Made by a program: the position numbers and the translations under genes
NCBI GenBank assembly: GCA_965219085.1
Contig: OZ244720.1
Span: 928,001 to 992,000, forward strand
Length of the DNA stretch: 64,000 nt
Direction: 5' to 3'
Source: Dehalococcoidia bacterium
GTDB taxonomy: Bacteria; Chloroflexota; Dehalococcoidia; UBA2979
The notes under the pieces: generated by a model
Database searches by the model: none
What the model was told of the DNA's origin: nothing
What the model saw: the letters and a program-made list of their open reading frames with translations, nothing else
Shown here: positions 49,482-60,349 of the stretch, piece by piece
Layout of the letters: every line of letters begins with the position of its first letter
Numbering within the stretch: position 1 is the first letter of the stretch

Positions 49482-49586
49482 ATGATGAGGGCGAAACTCC
49501 CCAGCGCCTCTACGCCCACCGGGCGCCTCGCACGCCTCGCGTCCGTGCGCCTGCTCGTGCTCGTTCTCGTTCTCGTACTGCGCTAG
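49482..49586 (+). CDS. ilvB operon leader (attenuator) peptide, 34 aa
   Basis: MMRAKLPSASTPTGRLARLASVRLLVLVLVLVLR*, with 10 consecutive Leu/Val codons one codon before the stop. Confidence 0.85.
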   Translation: MMRAKLPSASTPTGRLARLASVRLLVLVLVLVLR

Positions 49587-49643
49587 GCGGCGCTGCCACA
49601 CACGCAGCGCCGCCACAAGCCCGCGTGCCGGGCTCGTTTCGTT
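49586..49643 (+). terminator. Attenuator hairpins / intrinsic terminator after the leader peptide
   Basis: 11-bp stem GGCGGCGCTGC/GCAGCGCCGCC (49586-49614), then AGCCCG/CGGGCT (49618-49634) followed by CGTTTCGTT. Confidence 0.7.
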
Positions 49644-49707
49644 GCGCAAGCACCCTCCCGATCAATCGATGACCATCCAGCGGATACGGAACAGGCAGGA
49701 CCCTCCC

Positions 49708-51423
49708 ATGAAGATGAGCGGCGCCGACATCGTCCTCGAGTCCCTGAAGCGTATCGGCATCGACACCGTATTCGGCTACCCGGGCGGGGTTGTCCTCCCC
49801 CTCTACGACCGCATCCCCGCCCACCCCGAGGTGCGCCACATCCTGGTCCGCCACGAGCAAGGCGGCGGCCACGCCGCCGACGCCTATGCCCGCGCCAGCG
49901 GCCGCCTCGGCTGCGCGCTCGCCACCTCCGGCCCGGGCGCGACGAACCTCGTCACCGCGGTCCAGAACGCGATGATGGACTCGGTGCCGACGCTGTTCAT
50001 CACCGGCAACGTCGCGCGCAACCTGATCGGCAAGGACGGCTTCCAGGAGGCCGACGCCACGGGCATCCTGGAGCCGTGCGTGAAGCACAACTACCTCGTG
50101 ATGCGCACCGAGGACCTCGCCTACACCTTCGCCGAAGCGGCGTACCTCGCCACGACCGGCCGGCCCGGGCCGGTGCACATCGACATCCCCAAGGATGTGT
50201 TCATCGACGAGGCCGAGTTCGAGTGGCCCGACAAGGTCACCGTGCGCGGCTACCATATCCCCGGGGCCGCCCCGCAGGCGGACATCGATGAGGCCGCGCG
50301 GCTCCTCAACGGGGCCGAGCGGCCGCTGATCATCGCCGGGCACGGCGTCATCCTCGGCAACGCGTCCGAGGAGCTTCGCACGTTCGCCGAGCACAGCGGC
50401 ATCCCGGTCCTGAACACGCTGCTCGGGCTCGGCAGCCTCCCGCGCACGCACGTCCTGTCCTACGGGATGATGGGCATGCACGGTTCGTACGAGGCCAACA
50501 TGGCCGCCTCGAACGCCGACGTCGTGATCGGCATCGGCAACCGCATGGACGACCGTGCGATGGGGCGCTTCAACGACTTCAACCACGGCGCGAAGCTGAT
50601 CCACGTCGACATCGACCCCGGCGAGCACGGCAAGAACCTGCCGACCGCCGTCCCGATCCTCGGCGATGTGAAGCACGTGCTGCCGCAGCTCACCGCGGCG
50701 GTCCACCAGCGCTCGCACATGGACTGGATCCGCTGGATCGACGAGGAGCGCGACGCACACGCGCGCTCGATGGCGATCCCGAGCGGGCCGGAGCTGACCA
50801 CGCAGTACGTGATCAAGCGCATCTCCGACCTCAACGACGACGAGACGGTGCTCGTGACCGGCGTGGGCCAGCACCAGATGTGGGCCGCGCAGCACCTGCG
50901 CGTCACGCGCCCGCACCAGCTCATCACCTCGGGCGGCCTCGGCACGATGGGCTTCGAGGTCCCCGCCGCGATGGGCGCGCAGGTGGCGTGCCCCGACCGC
51001 GCGGTGTGGTCGATCTGCGGCGACGGCGGCTTCCAGATGACGCTGCAGGAGCTCGCCACGATGGTCGACGAGCACCTCCCCGTGAAGCTCGCGATCATCA
51101 ACAACGGCTTCCTCGGCATGGTCCGCCAGTGGCAGGAGCTGTTCTACGAGGACAACTACGTCTCCGTCGCCATGAGCCAGCCCGACTTCGTGAAGCTCGC
51201 CGACGCCTACGGCATCAAGTCGATCCGCGTCACCGAGAAGTCCGAGGTCGACGCCGCCATTGAGGAGGCGAACGCACACAACGGCCCGGTGCTGCTCGAC
51301 TTCCAGGTCGAGGCCGAGACCAACGTCTGGCCGATGGTCCCGGCGGGCGCCGCGCTCTCCGAGACCGTCGAGGCCCCCGAGACCGTCGAGGAGACGGAGA
51401 CGGCAACCGAGGTGGCCTCGTGA
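49708..51423 (+). CDS. ilvB: Acetolactate synthase large subunit
   Basis: FGYPGG, RHEQ, TSGPGATN, GVGQHQMW, SGGLGTMG, GDGGFQMT..EL, NNG.LGMVRQWQ. Confidence 0.97.
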   Translation: MKMSGADIVLESLKRIGIDTVFGYPGGVVLPLYDRIPAHPEVRHILVRHEQGGGHAADAYARASGRLGCALATSGPGATNLVTAVQNAMMDSVPTLFITGNVARNLIGKDGFQEADATGILEPCVKHNYLVMRTEDLAYTFAEAAYLATTGRPGPVHIDIPKDVFIDEAEFEWPDKVTVRGYHIPGAAPQADIDEAARLLNGAERPLIIAGHGVILGNASEELRTFAEHSGIPVLNTLLGLGSLPRTHVLSYGMMGMHGSYEANMAASNADVVIGIGNRMDDRAMGRFNDFNHGAKLIHVDIDPGEHGKNLPTAVPILGDVKHVLPQLTAAVHQRSHMDWIRWIDEERDAHARSMAIPSGPELTTQYVIKRISDLNDDETVLVTGVGQHQMWAAQHLRVTRPHQLITSGGLGTMGFEVPAAMGAQVACPDRAVWSICGDGGFQMTLQELATMVDEHLPVKLAIINNGFLGMVRQWQELFYEDNYVSVAMSQPDFVKLADAYGIKSIRVTEKSEVDAAIEEANAHNGPVLLDFQVEAETNVWPMVPAGAALSETVEAPETVEETETATEVAS

Positions 51424-52019
51424 CCGCCGCTCCCACGCATGCGACGAAGCACACGGTCGTCGCGCTCGTCGAGGACCGCCCCGGCGTCCTCAACCGCGTC
51501 GCGTCGCTGTTCCGGCGGCGCGGCTTCAACATCGACTCGCTCGCCGTCGGCACGACCGAGGAGGCGGGCATCTCGCGCATGACGATCGTCGTCGAGAGCG
51601 AGAACGGCATCGTCGACCAGGTCGAGAAGCAGCTCGGCAAGCTGATCGATGTGATCTCGGTCTCCGACCTGACGCACGAGGATGCCGTCACGCGCGAACT
51701 CGCGCTGATCAAGGTCGCGTGCACCACGGAGCAGCGCCGCGAAGTGCTCGACCTCGTCGACATCTTCCGGGCGCGCGCCGTCGACGTGTCGCCGGGCAGC
51801 CTGATCATCCAGATCGTGGCCGACGAGCGACAGCTCGACTCGCTGCTCGAGAACCTCGGACCGTACGGCGTGATGGAGATGACCCGCACGGGCCGCATCG
51901 CGATGCTCCGCGGCGAGGAGACGACGGCGCTGCACGAGCCCGAGCCCGATGACGCGCAGCGGTTCCACCAGGAGTCCGGCCGGCGGCCCGAGGGCGAGCT
52001 GCCATACGTCAGCGACTAG
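51420..52019 (+). CDS. ilvN: Acetolactate synthase small subunit
   Basis: LVEDRPGVLNRVASLFRRRGFNIDSLAVG, RELALIKV, RTG.IA. Confidence 0.96.
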   Translation: MTAAPTHATKHTVVALVEDRPGVLNRVASLFRRRGFNIDSLAVGTTEEAGISRMTIVVESENGIVDQVEKQLGKLIDVISVSDLTHEDAVTRELALIKVACTTEQRREVLDLVDIFRARAVDVSPGSLIIQIVADERQLDSLLENLGPYGVMEMTRTGRIAMLRGEETTALHEPEPDDAQRFHQESGRRPEGELPYVSD

Positions 52020-52058
52020 CGCATCGCCGGTACGACCCGGCGGAAGGAGAGCGACCGC

Positions 52059-53057
52059 GTGGCCAGGATCTACTACGACGAAGACGCCGACCTCGGACTG
52101 CTCGAGGGCAAGACCATCGGGGTCATCGGCTACGGCTCGCAGGGCCACGCGCACGCGCTAAACCTGCACGACTCCGGCCTGCGGGTCGCCGTGGGACTCT
52201 ACCCCGGCTCCCCCTCGTGGGAGAAGGCGCAGGCCGAAGGCCTGCAGGTGGGCAGTGTCGTCGACGTCGCGCGCGACGCCGACGTGATCATGATGCTCGT
52301 CCCGGACCAGGTGCAGCGCCAGGTCTACGAGGACCACATCGCGCCGCACATCGCCGGCAAGACGCTGATGTTCGCGCACGGCTTCAACGTGCACTTCAAC
52401 CAGATCGACGCGCCCGAGGACGTCGACGTGACGATGATCGCGCCGAAGGGCCCCGGCCACCTCGTGCGCCGCGAGTACACGAACGGCATCGGCGTGCCGG
52501 CGCTGGTCGCCGTGCACCAGGACGCGAGCGAGTCGGCCCTGCAGGTCGCACTCGCCTACGGCAAGGGCATCGGCAGTACGCGCGCCGGGATCCTGCAGAC
52601 GACGTTCCTCGAGGAGACGGAGACGGACCTGTTCGGCGAGCAGGTCATCCTCTGCGGCGGCATCACCTCGCTGATCAAGGCCGCCTACGAGACGCTCGTC
52701 GAAGCCGGCTACCAGCCGGAGTCCGCGTACTTCGAGACCTTCCACGAGCTCAAGCTCATCGTCGACCTGCTGTACGAGGGCGGCATGGAGTACATGCGCT
52801 ACTCGATCAGCGACACCGCCGAGTTCGGCGACTACACGCGCGGCCCGCGCGTCATCGACTCGAGCGTGAAGGACCGCATGCGCGAGATCCTCGGCGAGAT
52901 CCGCAGCGGGCAGTTCGCGCAGGAGTGGATCACCGAGAACCAGGCCGGCCGCCCGCGCTTCCTCGCGCTGCGCCGCATGAATGCCGAGCACCCCGTCGAG
53001 GCCGTCGGCAAGGAAGTGCGCGCGATGATGGCGTGGCTGGGACAGTCCCAGACGTGA
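52059..53057 (+). CDS. ilvC: Ketol-acid reductoisomerase
   Basis: [42 protein letters not shown]. Confidence 0.97.
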   Translation: MARIYYDEDADLGLLEGKTIGVIGYGSQGHAHALNLHDSGLRVAVGLYPGSPSWEKAQAEGLQVGSVVDVARDADVIMMLVPDQVQRQVYEDHIAPHIAGKTLMFAHGFNVHFNQIDAPEDVDVTMIAPKGPGHLVRREYTNGIGVPALVAVHQDASESALQVALAYGKGIGSTRAGILQTTFLEETETDLFGEQVILCGGITSLIKAAYETLVEAGYQPESAYFETFHELKLIVDLLYEGGMEYMRYSISDTAEFGDYTRGPRVIDSSVKDRMREILGEIRSGQFAQEWITENQAGRPRFLALRRMNAEHPVEAVGKEVRAMMAWLGQSQT

Positions 53058-53164
53058 TCGCGCCGGGCGACTCCCGCCGCGCAGGAAGCGCATGCGCCGT
53101 CGCTGTACGCAGCGGCGGTGGGAGCGTGTCGGTTGCGGGCGCCTCTGGGCGCCCGAGCCATACC

Positions 53165-53245
53165 GTGCGCCCGTGTCGCGCCACCCGTGAACGCCTCGAG
53201 CTGCTCCGGGCAGTGCTCGTGCTTATGGGGCCCTCCACCGCGTGA
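53165..53245 (+). CDS. Putative leuA leader peptide (26 aa, Leu-rich), start uncertain
   Basis: (M)RPCRATRERLELLRAVLVLMGPSTA*; the stop lies in the GTGA loop of a hairpin at 53229-53259. Confidence 0.5.
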   Translation: MRPCRATRERLELLRAVLVLMGPSTA

Positions 53246-53306
53246 GCGGGCGGAGGGCCGGACCCGGAACCATCAGGCGGGGGCGCAAGGCAGGGACGAC
53301 CAGGCA

Positions 53307-54857
53307 ATGAGCGACAGCGACAAGGTCTACATATTCGATACCACGCTCCGCGACGGCGAGCAGTCCGCGGGCGTCGGCTTCACCATCGAGGACAAGCTCG
53401 AGGTCGCCCGCCAGCTCGGGCGCCTCAACGTCGACATCATCGAGGCGGGCTTCCCGTTCTCCTCGCCCGGCGACTTCGAGGCGGTCTCGCTGATCGCGCG
53501 CGAGGTCAAGGGCCCGATCATCGCGGGGCTCGCGCGCGCCAACGCCGGCGACGTCGACTCGTGCTGGAATGCCATCGCGCAGGCCGAGACGCCGCGCATC
53601 CACGTCTTCATCTCGGCCAGCGAGATCCACATGGCGCACCAGCTGCGCAAGAACCGCGAGGACGTGATGGAGATGGCGCGCGGCGCCGTCGCCCGCGCCC
53701 GCGGCTACTGCGAGGATGTCGAGTTCTCGCCGATGGACGCCACGCGCTCCGACCCGGAGTTCGTGTACCAGCTCCTCCAGGCCGCCATCGAGGAGGGCGC
53801 GACGACGGTCAACATCCCCGACACGGTCGGCTACGCGCTCCCGCAGGAGTTCGGCAACCTCATCGCCGCCGTGCGCGAAAACGTGCCGAACATCGACAAG
53901 GCGCGCATCTCGGTGCACTGCCACAACGACCTCGGCATGGCGACGGCGAACTCGCTCTCCGGCGTGCTCAACGGCGCACGCCAGGTCGAGGGCGCCATCA
54001 ACGGCATCGGCGAGCGCGCCGGGAACACCTCGATCGAAGAGGTGATCATGGCCATCCGCACGCGCGGCGACTTCGGCCACGTCCACACCGACGTGAAGAC
54101 CGACGAGCTCTTCCGCGCCAGCCGCATCGTCGAGCGCGTCTCGGGCATGGCCGTGCAGTCCAACAAAGCGGTGGTGGGGCGCAACGCGTTCCGGCACTCC
54201 TCAGGCATCCACCAGGACGGCGTGCTCAAGCTGCGCGAGACCTACGAGATCATGGACCCGGCCTCGATCGGCATCCCCGTGGGGGACTCGATCGTGCTGA
54301 CGAAGGTCTCGGGCCGCCACGGCCTGCGCGCGCGCATCGCCGACCTCGGCGTGGAGCTCGACGACGAGGTCCTCGGCCGCGTCTACGAGGCGTTCAAGGA
54401 CGTCGCCGACCGCAAGGACGAGGTCGACGACCGCGACCTGCAGGCGATCCTCGCCGAGCAGGCCTCGGTGCAGGTCCACGACCAGTGGCAGCTCGACCTC
54501 GTGCAGGTGCAGGCCGGCGACCACTCGTCGCCTACGGCCACCGTGCGGCTCATCGACCGCGAGGGCGAGGTGCACCAGGACGCGGCGATCGGCACCGGCC
54601 CCGTGGACGCCATCTACCAGGCCATCAACCGCGTCGTCGGCATCGAGAACGAGCTGACCGAGTTCAGCGTGAAGTCCGTGACCGAGGGCATCGACGCCGT
54701 CGGCGAAGTCACCATCCGCATCGAGGCGGAGGGCCGCACGTACACCGGCCGCGCCGCCGATACGGACATCCTCGTGGCATCCGCGCGCGCGTACCTGCAC
54801 GCGCTCAACCGCATGACCAACGTAGCGGCGCAGCAGCCCCTGGCAGCCGCGCCGTAG
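53307..54857 (+). CDS. leuA: 2-isopropylmalate synthase
   Basis: FDTTLRDGEQ, EAGFP, NIPDTVG, HCHNDLG.A.ANS, NGIGERAGN, HSSGIHQDG, G.GPVDA. Confidence 0.97.
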   Translation: MSDSDKVYIFDTTLRDGEQSAGVGFTIEDKLEVARQLGRLNVDIIEAGFPFSSPGDFEAVSLIAREVKGPIIAGLARANAGDVDSCWNAIAQAETPRIHVFISASEIHMAHQLRKNREDVMEMARGAVARARGYCEDVEFSPMDATRSDPEFVYQLLQAAIEEGATTVNIPDTVGYALPQEFGNLIAAVRENVPNIDKARISVHCHNDLGMATANSLSGVLNGARQVEGAINGIGERAGNTSIEEVIMAIRTRGDFGHVHTDVKTDELFRASRIVERVSGMAVQSNKAVVGRNAFRHSSGIHQDGVLKLRETYEIMDPASIGIPVGDSIVLTKVSGRHGLRARIADLGVELDDEVLGRVYEAFKDVADRKDEVDDRDLQAILAEQASVQVHDQWQLDLVQVQAGDHSSPTATVRLIDREGEVHQDAAIGTGPVDAIYQAINRVVGIENELTEFSVKSVTEGIDAVGEVTIRIEAEGRTYTGRAADTDILVASARAYLHALNRMTNVAAQQPLAAAP

Positions 54858-54867
54858 CGACAAGAGA

Positions 54868-55494
54868 ATGAATCCGTGGCGAGTCATCAGACACTACAGA
54901 TATTGGTATGCAAGGAGGCTGGCTGCTCAAGCTGCTAGGAATCAAGACTACTGGGGGCGCGGTTTCGACGAACGATATGGGTGGCTCGTTCTGCCTTGCT
55001 GCGCCGTATTACTTGCCTCTGTGATCACATCGGCGGTGATCATGGGGATGGCCGATGGTGATGGTCGAGCGCCTAAGCAGACAGCTGTAGAAACTACCAA
55101 TCCGCCCACTCCCGTATTGGATGCCCAAGTTTCGCCGCTAGAAACCGACCCCATCACCGTGGTGCATGACCCAGAACTCGCATCATTCTTCATAAATCAC
55201 ATCACGGTTGATTCATTTGGAGGGGTACCGGTGTCAGGTCTCTATTTTGAGCTTATCAATAACCCTTGGGGGCATGGTCATTTGGTCATCCTGCTTCCGT
55301 TCACGCACGCGTTCGGAATGAGCCGGGGCGTCTGGCTCGCAGTCGACAACGAATATCTATTCGCGATCAACGGAACGGCCATTGAGATCGCACACGGTGA
55401 CGGGTTCCTGCGAGATGCCCCGCCCCACATCCGCAGCGCGGCTCGGATCCCGCAAAGCAACCTTGCCGTCTTCGAGTATCTGGGCATACGGTGA
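54868..55494 (+). CDS. Hypothetical single-TM protein, low GC, inserted in the leu operon
   Basis: 208 aa ORF, visibly more AT-rich than its flanks, with one hydrophobic segment. Confidence 0.6.
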   Translation: MNPWRVIRHYRYWYARRLAAQAARNQDYWGRGFDERYGWLVLPCCAVLLASVITSAVIMGMADGDGRAPKQTAVETTNPPTPVLDAQVSPLETDPITVVHDPELASFFINHITVDSFGGVPVSGLYFELINNPWGHGHLVILLPFTHAFGMSRGVWLAVDNEYLFAINGTAIEIAHGDGFLRDAPPHIRSAARIPQSNLAVFEYLGIR

Positions 55495-55567
55495 AGGCAT
55501 GGCGCGGCGGCCGTTGCTAGGCCCTGCCAGATGGACAGCGTACGGGCAGCCAAGTAGGGAAGCACAT

Positions 55568-57022
55568 ATGACCGGACCGAAGACGCTCGCCGAGAAGATC
55601 TGGGAAGCGCACGTCGTCGACAGCCCGCTGGCCGAAGCCGCGCGCCGCGAGGCGCTCGGCGAGGAGGCGCCCGGCGGCGTGCCGACGGACCTGCTCTATA
55701 TCGACCTCCACCTCGTGCACGAGGTGACGTCGCCGCAGGCGTTCGAGGGCCTGCGCCTCGCCGGCAACTCCGTGCGCCGGCCGGACCTCACGCTCGCGAC
55801 CATCGACCATAACGTGCCGACCATTGGCCGCGACCTGCCGAACCCCGACCCGCTGTCCGCGCAGCAGATCGAGGTGATGCGCACCAACGCCCAGGAGTTC
55901 GGCATTCCGATCTTCGACGTGTTCGACATGCGCCAGGGCATCGTCCACGTGATCGGGCCGGAGCAGGGTCTCACCCAGCCCGGCACGACCATCGTCTGCG
56001 GCGACAGCCACACCTCCACGCACGGCGCCTTCGGTGCACTCGCGTTCGGCATCGGCACCTCCGAGGTCGAGCACGTGCTGGCCACGCAGACGATGCGGCA
56101 GGTGCGCCCGCGCACCATGTCCGTCGAGGTCACCGGCGAGCTCGGCCCCGGCGTGATGGCGAAGGACGTGATCCTCGCGATCATCAACGAGATCGGCGTC
56201 GACGGCGGCGTCGGCTACGTCATCGAGTACCGCGGCGACGTCATCCGCAACCTCTCGATGGAGGGCCGGATGACCGTCTGCAACATGTCGATCGAGGCCG
56301 GCGCACGCGCGGGCCTCGTCGCGCCGGACGAGACGACGTTCGCCTACATGGACGGCCGCCGCCACGCCCCGAAGGGCGAGGACTGGGAGCGCGCACTGGA
56401 GTACTGGCGCTCGCTGCCGACCGACGAGGGCGCGACGTTCGACAAGGAGGTCGTCCTCGACGGCGCCGCGATCCCGCCGTTCGTCACGTGGGGCACGAAC
56501 CCCGGCCAGAGCGTGACCGTCAACGAGGCGATCCCCGACCCCGACAGCTTCGACGAGCCCACCAAGCGCGAGGCCGCCGCGCGCGCCCTCGAGTACCAGG
56601 CACTTGAGGCCGGCACCCCCATCCGCGACATCCGCATCGACCGCGTGTTCCTCGGCTCCTGCACGAACGGGCGCATCGAGGACCTGCGCTCGGCCGCGAG
56701 CGTGATCCAGGGCAAGCGCGTCGCCGACGGCGTGAACGCGATGGTGGTCCCGGGCTCCGGCCTCGTGAAGGCGCAGGCCGAGCAGGAAGGCCTCGACCAG
56801 ATCTTCCTCGACGCCGGTTTCGAGTGGCGCGACGCGGGGTGCTCGATGTGCCTGGGCATGAACCCGGACATCCTTGCGCCCGGCGAGCGCTGCGCTTCGA
56901 CGTCGAACCGCAACTTCGAGGGCCGGCAGGGCCCCGGTGGCCGCACGCACCTCGTGAGCCCGGCCATGGCCGCCGCGGCCGCGATCGCGGGCCACTTCGT
57001 AGACGTCCGGGAGGTGATCTAG
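55568..57022 (+). CDS. leuC: 3-isopropylmalate dehydratase large subunit
   Basis: [53 protein letters not shown]. Confidence 0.97.
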   Translation: MTGPKTLAEKIWEAHVVDSPLAEAARREALGEEAPGGVPTDLLYIDLHLVHEVTSPQAFEGLRLAGNSVRRPDLTLATIDHNVPTIGRDLPNPDPLSAQQIEVMRTNAQEFGIPIFDVFDMRQGIVHVIGPEQGLTQPGTTIVCGDSHTSTHGAFGALAFGIGTSEVEHVLATQTMRQVRPRTMSVEVTGELGPGVMAKDVILAIINEIGVDGGVGYVIEYRGDVIRNLSMEGRMTVCNMSIEAGARAGLVAPDETTFAYMDGRRHAPKGEDWERALEYWRSLPTDEGATFDKEVVLDGAAIPPFVTWGTNPGQSVTVNEAIPDPDSFDEPTKREAAARALEYQALEAGTPIRDIRIDRVFLGSCTNGRIEDLRSAASVIQGKRVADGVNAMVVPGSGLVKAQAEQEGLDQIFLDAGFEWRDAGCSMCLGMNPDILAPGERCASTSNRNFEGRQGPGGRTHLVSPAMAAAAAIAGHFVDVREVI

Positions 57023-57612
57023 TGGACGCCGTCAGCAACGTCACCGGTCGCGCGATCCCGCTCGATCGCTCGAACGTCGACACTGACCAGATCATCCCGG
57101 CGAAGTACCTCAAGCGCATCGAGCGCACCGGGTACGGCCCGTTCGCGTTCGAGGCCTGGCGGAAAGACCCGAACTTCGTGCTCAACAACCCGGCCTACGA
57201 TGGCGCCGCGATCATGCTCGCGAAGCAGAACTTCGGCTCCGGCTCCAGCCGCGAGCACGCGGTGTGGGCGATCGAGGGCCTCGGCGTGCGCGCCGTGATC
57301 GCCCCGACGTTCGCCGACATCTTCCGCAACAACTGCTTCCAGGGCGGCATCCTCACCGTCGAGCTGCCCGAGGAGGACGTCGACGAGCTGATGCGGCGCG
57401 CCACCGAGGACCCCACGACGGAGATCGAGATCGACCTCGAGACGCAGACCGTGCGCGCGGCCGAGTGGGAGCGGACGTTCGAGATCGACCCGTTCCGCAA
57501 GTACCGCCTGCAGCGCGGCCTCGACGACATCTCGATGACACTGGCGTACGAGGCCGACGTCGCCGCGTTCGAGGCGAACCGCTCGCCGCTGTTCCCGACG
57601 ACGGCGGCCTAA
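57022..57612 (+). CDS. leuD: 3-isopropylmalate dehydratase small subunit
   Basis: NVDTDQIIP, NFGSGSSREHA.WA, FADIF.NN, GLDDI; GTG overlaps the leuC stop. Confidence 0.96.
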   Translation: MDAVSNVTGRAIPLDRSNVDTDQIIPAKYLKRIERTGYGPFAFEAWRKDPNFVLNNPAYDGAAIMLAKQNFGSGSSREHAVWAIEGLGVRAVIAPTFADIFRNNCFQGGILTVELPEEDVDELMRRATEDPTTEIEIDLETQTVRAAEWERTFEIDPFRKYRLQRGLDDISMTLAYEADVAAFEANRSPLFPTTAA

Positions 57613-57732
57613 CGACGCCGGACCTCGCGGCCGTCCTCGCGCGCGGTTCCCGGGGCCGACCCGGCGAGCGCGCACGTCATCGGCGAGGGCTGGGGCGCGA
57701 GGGCGTACCGGCTCGGCAGCCGCACGATCCGC

Positions 57733-58509
57733 GTGCTCAAGCCCGAGGCGTACACGTGGGGCATCGACGCCGGCTACGCCCGCGAGCCCGCGCTCGCCCT
57801 CCTCGCCACCCACGGCATCCCCGTGCCCGCCAACGTCGAGGCCGTCCTCGGCGGGGACGGGCGCACCCTCGCCATCACCTACGACTACATCGAGGGCGTC
57901 CCCGTCGGTGACCTCGGCCGCTCAGCGCACGCGATGCTCGCGCGCGAGGTGGGCACCGCGCTGACGGCGCTGCACGCGGTCCCCGTGGAGGAGGCACGCG
58001 CACTCGGCGTGCCCGAGTTCGACCTCGGCGAGGAGCTGTACCGTCCGATGGTCGAGGCGTGCCTGCCGCACCTCGGACCGCGCGGGCGGGCGTGGCTCGA
58101 ACAACGCTTCGCGGCGTTCATCGAGGGCTGCGGGTCACGCGAGGCCGCGCGCGTGCTCGTGCATGGTGACCTCGGCTGCGGGCACCAGCTGGCCGGGGCC
58201 GACGGACACCTCGCGGGCGTGATCGACTGGGGTGACGCGCTCATCGCGGACCCGGCGTACGACCTCGCCGCACTGCTCGCCAACTGCCCGCGCGGCTTCG
58301 CCGAGCGCGTGATCGACGCGTACGAGGGTCCCGCGAGCCGCGACCCGGACATGCGGCGCCGCGCCGCGTTCTACGTCGACGCACTGCCGATCTGGCAGGT
58401 CTACTACGGCGGCGACATGGACGACGGCGAGACGCGCCGCGTGGGCGTGCGACGCATCGCCGCTCGCTCCGCGGCTGCCGCGAGGGCTTCGCAGCGCTCC
58501 GCGCGCTGA
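57733..58509 (+). CDS. APH/choline-kinase-like phosphotransferase (true N-terminus probably upstream; start unclear)
   Basis: VHGDL, GVIDWGD...DPAYDL; Gly loop IGEGWG lies in frame upstream of the first available start. Confidence 0.75.
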   Translation: MLKPEAYTWGIDAGYAREPALALLATHGIPVPANVEAVLGGDGRTLAITYDYIEGVPVGDLGRSAHAMLAREVGTALTALHAVPVEEARALGVPEFDLGEELYRPMVEACLPHLGPRGRAWLEQRFAAFIEGCGSREAARVLVHGDLGCGHQLAGADGHLAGVIDWGDALIADPAYDLAALLANCPRGFAERVIDAYEGPASRDPDMRRRAAFYVDALPIWQVYYGGDMDDGETRRVGVRRIAARSAAAARASQRSAR

Positions 58510-58606
58510 CCGGGCACGCGCCACGTGGACGCAAGGCGCGCCCGCGCTACACTCCGCGCGGCCCGGCGCTGCCCCTCGCACGCGTCGCCCACTGAAGGAG
58601 GCAACG

Positions 58607-59701
58607 GTGGCCGAGTTCGACATCCTGGTGCTCGCTGGCGACGGCATCGGTCCCGAGGTGACCGAAGAGGGCGTCCGCGCACTCGAAGCCATCGGCGAGC
58701 GCTTCGGCCACACGTTCCGCCTCAGCGACGACCTCGTCGGCGGCGCATGCATCGACGCCCACGGGGTGTCGATCCGGCCCGAGACCATCGAGGCCGCGCG
58801 CAACGCCGACGCGATCCTGTGGGGCGCCGTCGGCGGCCCCAAATGGAGCGACCCGCGCGCGCCCGTGCGCCCCGAGCAGGGCCTGCTCGCGCTGCGCTCC
58901 GAGCTCGGGCTGTGGGCCAACCTCCGCCCGGTCGTCGTCGACCCGCAGCTCGCCGACAACACCTCGCTCAAGCCCGAGGTGCTCGAGGGCGTCGACATCC
59001 TCGTGATCCGCGAACTCACGAGCGGCGTCTACTTCGGCCAGCCGCAGGAGCGCCGCACCGTGAACGGCGGCCGGGCCGCCGTCGACACGATGTACTACCA
59101 CGAGGATGAGGTCGCACGCGTCGCGCATCTCGGGTTCCGGCTCGCGCGCGAGCGGCGCGGCAAGGTCACGAGCGTCGACAAGGCGAACGTGCTCGAGTCC
59201 TCGCGGCTATGGCGCGAGGTCGTCGACGAGGTGCGCCCCGAGTACCCCGACGTGGACCTGGAGCACATCCTCGTCGACGCCGCGGCCATGCACCTCATCC
59301 GTCGCCCCTCGGACTTCGACGTGGTGATCACGACCAACCTGTTCGGCGACATCCTCACCGACGAAGCCTCGATGCTGGCGGGGTCGCTGGGCATGCTGCC
59401 CTCGGCGTCACTCGGCGAGCTGCGCGAGGACGGCCTCGGGCTCGGCATGTACGAGCCGATCCACGGCTCGGCGCCGGACATCGCCGGGCAGGGCCTCGCG
59501 AACCCGATAGCGATGTTCCTGTGCACCGCGATGCTGCTGCGCCACTCGTGCGGCCTCGAGGCGGAGGCGCAGGCGCTGGAGGCGGCCGTCGCCGCGGCCA
59601 TCGGCGACGGCCTGCGCACGGCGGACATCGCAGCGGCCGGCGAGCAGGCGTTGAGCACGCGCGAGATGGCGGACGCGATCCTCGGGCGGCTGGGCGCTTA
59701 G
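58607..59701 (+). CDS. leuB: 3-isopropylmalate dehydrogenase
   Basis: [59 protein letters not shown]; SD AAGGAGG. Confidence 0.97.
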   Translation: MAEFDILVLAGDGIGPEVTEEGVRALEAIGERFGHTFRLSDDLVGGACIDAHGVSIRPETIEAARNADAILWGAVGGPKWSDPRAPVRPEQGLLALRSELGLWANLRPVVVDPQLADNTSLKPEVLEGVDILVIRELTSGVYFGQPQERRTVNGGRAAVDTMYYHEDEVARVAHLGFRLARERRGKVTSVDKANVLESSRLWREVVDEVRPEYPDVDLEHILVDAAAMHLIRRPSDFDVVITTNLFGDILTDEASMLAGSLGMLPSASLGELREDGLGLGMYEPIHGSAPDIAGQGLANPIAMFLCTAMLLRHSCGLEAEAQALEAAVAAAIGDGLRTADIAAAGEQALSTREMADAILGRLGA

Positions 59702-59717
59702 CGCGGGGCCCTCGAAG

Positions 59718-60122
59718 TCAGCTCGAAGCGGAGCTTCCGAGTTCCGGGAAGTAGGTCGAGTAGAAGCGCTGGTCGCGCGTCAGGAGCGTATCGGCTGCGA
59801 CTGCCGCGTGGGCTCCGATCAGGAGGTCGGCGAGAATCCGCTGGCGCGGCCCGCCCGCTCGGCGATACTGCCCCCAGCGCGTTCCGGCTTCCCAGGCAAT
59901 GGCGGTGTCGATGCGCGATACCTCTGCGCCGATCGCTCTCAGCGCTGCGTCGAGTGCTTCGCGGTCGTCGGCCGTGGGAGCCAACTCTGCATAGACGATC
60001 TCGCAAACGACGACGGCTCCGCGATCGTAGGCCTCGGCGAGTCGAGCCCGCGACTGAGGCTCATGAACGGGGTCCTCGAGAAACAAGTCCAGGAGGACGT
60101 TCGTGTCGACGGCGGTGATCAC
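59718..60122 (-). CDS. vapC: VapC/PIN-domain toxin
   Basis: AVDTNVL, IVYAEL, LADLLIGAHA, LLTRD. Confidence 0.9.
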   Translation of the reverse strand: MITAVDTNVLLDLFLEDPVHEPQSRARLAEAYDRGAVVVCEIVYAELAPTADDREALDAALRAIGAEVSRIDTAIAWEAGTRWGQYRRAGGPRQRILADLLIGAHAAVAADTLLTRDQRFYSTYFPELGSSASS

Positions 60123-60349
60123 CTGCCGCGGATCTCTTTCATGTACTCGTCAGTGCTCCAGCCGGGGCACTTGAAGATGCCGACGATGCGGTCGACTGGG
60201 TGCACGCCGTCGGTCCGCTTGCGGATGAGCAGGCCGTCCTCAGTGGCGACGACCTCCACCTCGACGTCGTGGTGCATGCCGAAGCGGTCTCGCAGCTTCT
60301 TGGGAATGGTGATCTGGCCCCGTTGAGAGATACGCACGATCTTCTCCAT
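60119..60349 (-). CDS. vapB: AbrB/MazE-type antitoxin (VapB)
   Basis: RISQRGQITIPKKLRDRFG; overlaps the vapC start. Confidence 0.88.
   Translation of the reverse strand: MEKIVRISQRGQITIPKKLRDRFGMHHDVEVEVVATEDGLLIRKRTDGVHPVDRIVGIFKCPGWSTDEYMKEIRGR

Noticed and set aside
53118-53306. N-terminal Cys-rich extension of LeuA (ORF track start 53118)
   Set aside because: LeuA homology begins at ATG 53307; the upstream region is better explained as a leader.
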